From Lama guanicoe (taxonomy: Eukaryota), in NCBI GenBank assembly GCA_013239625.1, contig MU053487.1:2625058-2689057 (forward strand): 64,000 bases of DNA, read 5' to 3'. A program made the position numbers and the translations under genes. The notes beneath the pieces were generated by a model. It saw only the letters and a list, made by a program, of their open reading frames with translations. It did no database searches and was not told the origin of the DNA. This document shows positions 61,751-64,000 of this stretch, piece by piece (positions within the stretch are counted from its first letter, which is position 1; each line of letters starts with the position of its first letter).

Positions 61751-64000
61751 TCTCATATGACTTTTTGCCCGTGTGCTATTCTGCTAGGACAGGTTTGTCC
61801 TATGTCCCCTCTGTCCTCCCTGGTTTAGGCTCTGCCACCTCCATGAAGCCTGTCTTGGTAACAGTGCTCTCACGAACAGACTGAGCATCTTTTGGAACTC
61901 AGTCATTAGGAACTCAGCATGAAGTTATTACCTTAGGTGTGCAACTTATTTTGTATGTGTCTTTTTTAATGGAGACTGCTTGGGGATAGAGACCGAATTT
62001 TCTACTCTTTTCAGTCTCAGTGCTCGGAGAAGACTCTCTAAGGAGTCATATCTAAAAGTGTGTTTGAATAATGTAGGGGCTGAGTGTCAGTGTTGAAACA
62101 ATTAGAAACCAAACCAGCTGCCCTCTCTTCTTGGTGGCTGATTCTCAGCGGTTGATGGAAGTATGAGGCAAAAGCTATAAAGTGGCCCTCGGAAATGACA
62201 GGTGACAACAGGGCACATGGTGGGGTGACCTAGTCCATATTTATGTTTTGGAGGCCCTGTATCTATTTGCTTTTTCTTTAATATCTTGATTCTACCTGTC
62301 CAGGCAGGTCTTTATTTTTAAATTAAACCCAGGAAGCTATGAATTACTCAAACATGTTTTAAAAACTCAGGAGGTGCCCCAGGGGTGTGGGTGTGACCTG
62401 TGGATCCCCAAGGAGCATAATTTTGGATTCCAAGTTTGGGTTGGAAGAGAGAGAGGTGGAGTGCCTTTTATTTTTTTTTTTGAAAATGGCATCTGGTGCT
62501 GATTTCAAACCAAAGAACAGATAGGTTGAAAGCTGTGACAGGGAGTCAAGTAGCTCAGTGACAAATGGCACTTTCTGGCTCACGGACCTGGCAGCCACCT
62601 CTAGCAAAACCCAGGACCTTGGGCTGGTCTAGCAGGCTGCCCTTGGCTTCATACCTGCCAAAGGCAGGACCTTCCATCACCCCAGGGAACAGGTGATACC
62701 AGGCGTGAACACAGCATCGGGATGGGAGGCAGGCTGCTTCCTGCTCACAGTCTGACTCCGCCCTCCCAGTGTGCAGAGGACAGTTTAGGAAGTGGGCTGG
62801 GGGGAATATCACTTCTTGTAATCAGCACCCAACAAGCCCAGCACAGCCACCGACTCTTCCTGGACCGGGAGAGTGGCTCACCATGTTGTGGTCTGATACT
62901 TCTGCTCTTCATCGGTCTCTAAGGCTGAGACAACAGACAGAATCAGAATCAGCATCTAGCTTCTTTCTGGGAGGAAGCAGTGCTCTCAGCTCTATCTCTT
63001 GGCTATTTCCTTTTCAGCATCAGGATAGTCGCTATCTGTTAACCACTTCTCATCCGTCCGTTTTTTGAAAGCTACAGGATACATTTTTGCATTTACTTCT
63101 GTTACTTTGTTTCCCGAATTGTTTTTTTTTTTAGTGAACTTTTTTTTTTGCTCTGTAACATCCATGCAGGAAAGTGCTGTGTACAGCTTGATGAATTTTC
63201 AGTTAAGTGAACATTCTCAGAATCACAGAAGCCACCTTCCCTGTACCTCTCAGGCCACTCCCTGCTTCCTTGGAGGGGGAGCTTCTTCGAGGTGGGGGCG
63301 ATCTGTGGCATCACTGCCCTAGTGCCCTCCAACCCCATTCTCAGTGGCCCAGGACCTGGCCCTGGCTGTGCTGGGTCGACCTGAGGCATGGTGAAAGTTC
63401 TGTCCATCTGTGCGTGGTGAATGCATGTGTTAGGGGTGGGTGGGTGGAGTGGGGGAGACTTACATGCCTTTGTGGCTGAGCCATCAGGAGGGGCCCAGTA
63501 CTCCCCTCCTCCCCAGGAAGGCCGTGCTTTTTTCATACAAAAAAAGGCCTTTGAAATAAACTGCTCATTTTTTTTTTCCTTTTTATTCTTTTGGGAGGAA
63601 AAACAACCCTTGTAACTTGAACTATGTCAGATTCTAAGATTTGGGGTGGTCCTAGACCCTCCCCCCCTTTGTTATAATTCATCGGAATCTGAGTTGCAGT
63701 AAGCCTTGCTGTTTCCAGAGGTTCTGTCTTTTCCTGTTGGTCTTCCCTGTTCTGTTTGCCTTCCTCCCTCACAGCAGAACTCATCTGGAGAGATTGATGG
63801 AGATATTAATGCTTTAGAGACAGTCTCCAGGAATTTTTTGTTAATTTAGGGATCAGATTGACATATGTGTGTATATAAGGATAGTCGGGGCTAAACAAAG
63901 TCTTTTCCTTCTATAATTTATATTCGGAGACGCTTTTCCTTGTTTTCTTACGCGCAAACTGCCTTTGACACTTTGATCTCTGACCTCACAGAATGCCTTA

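Noticed and set aside
58784..64000. Search for ITGA9 exon 4 (recalled ACAHRWKN...)
   Set aside because: Not found. It presumably lies beyond the window end.
1..64000. CRISPR arrays, operons, rRNA or other prokaryote-type systems
   Set aside because: The sequence is mammalian, with spliced genes and interspersed repeats. No repeat-spacer arrays were seen.

Overview
Mammalian genomic DNA, most likely a camelid: it carries five tRNA-Ala-derived vic-1-type SINEs. The window is syntenic with human 3p22 (GOLGA4 - APRG1/C3orf35 - ITGA9), with all genes on the + strand. It holds (i) the last two exons and 3'UTR of GOLGA4, encoding the alternative C-termini YTSPRSGIF* and SWLRSSS*; (ii) a repeat-rich intergenic region (L1, L2, MIR, MaLR/ERVL LTRs, hAT MERs, one 119-N gap) containing a CpG/GC-box promoter-like segment with a splice donor near 14 kb and an intact 78-codon ORF that resembles the N-terminal part of human APRG1/C3orf35; (iii) the ITGA9 CpG island and coding exons 1-3. 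Two observations stand out. The ITGA9 initiator position reads CTG rather than ATG, with no other ATG in exon 1. The APRG1-like ORF is intact although the human gene's coding status is doubtful. Gene identifications rest on human protein sequences recalled from memory, not a database search. Repeat boundaries and subfamilies are approximate.
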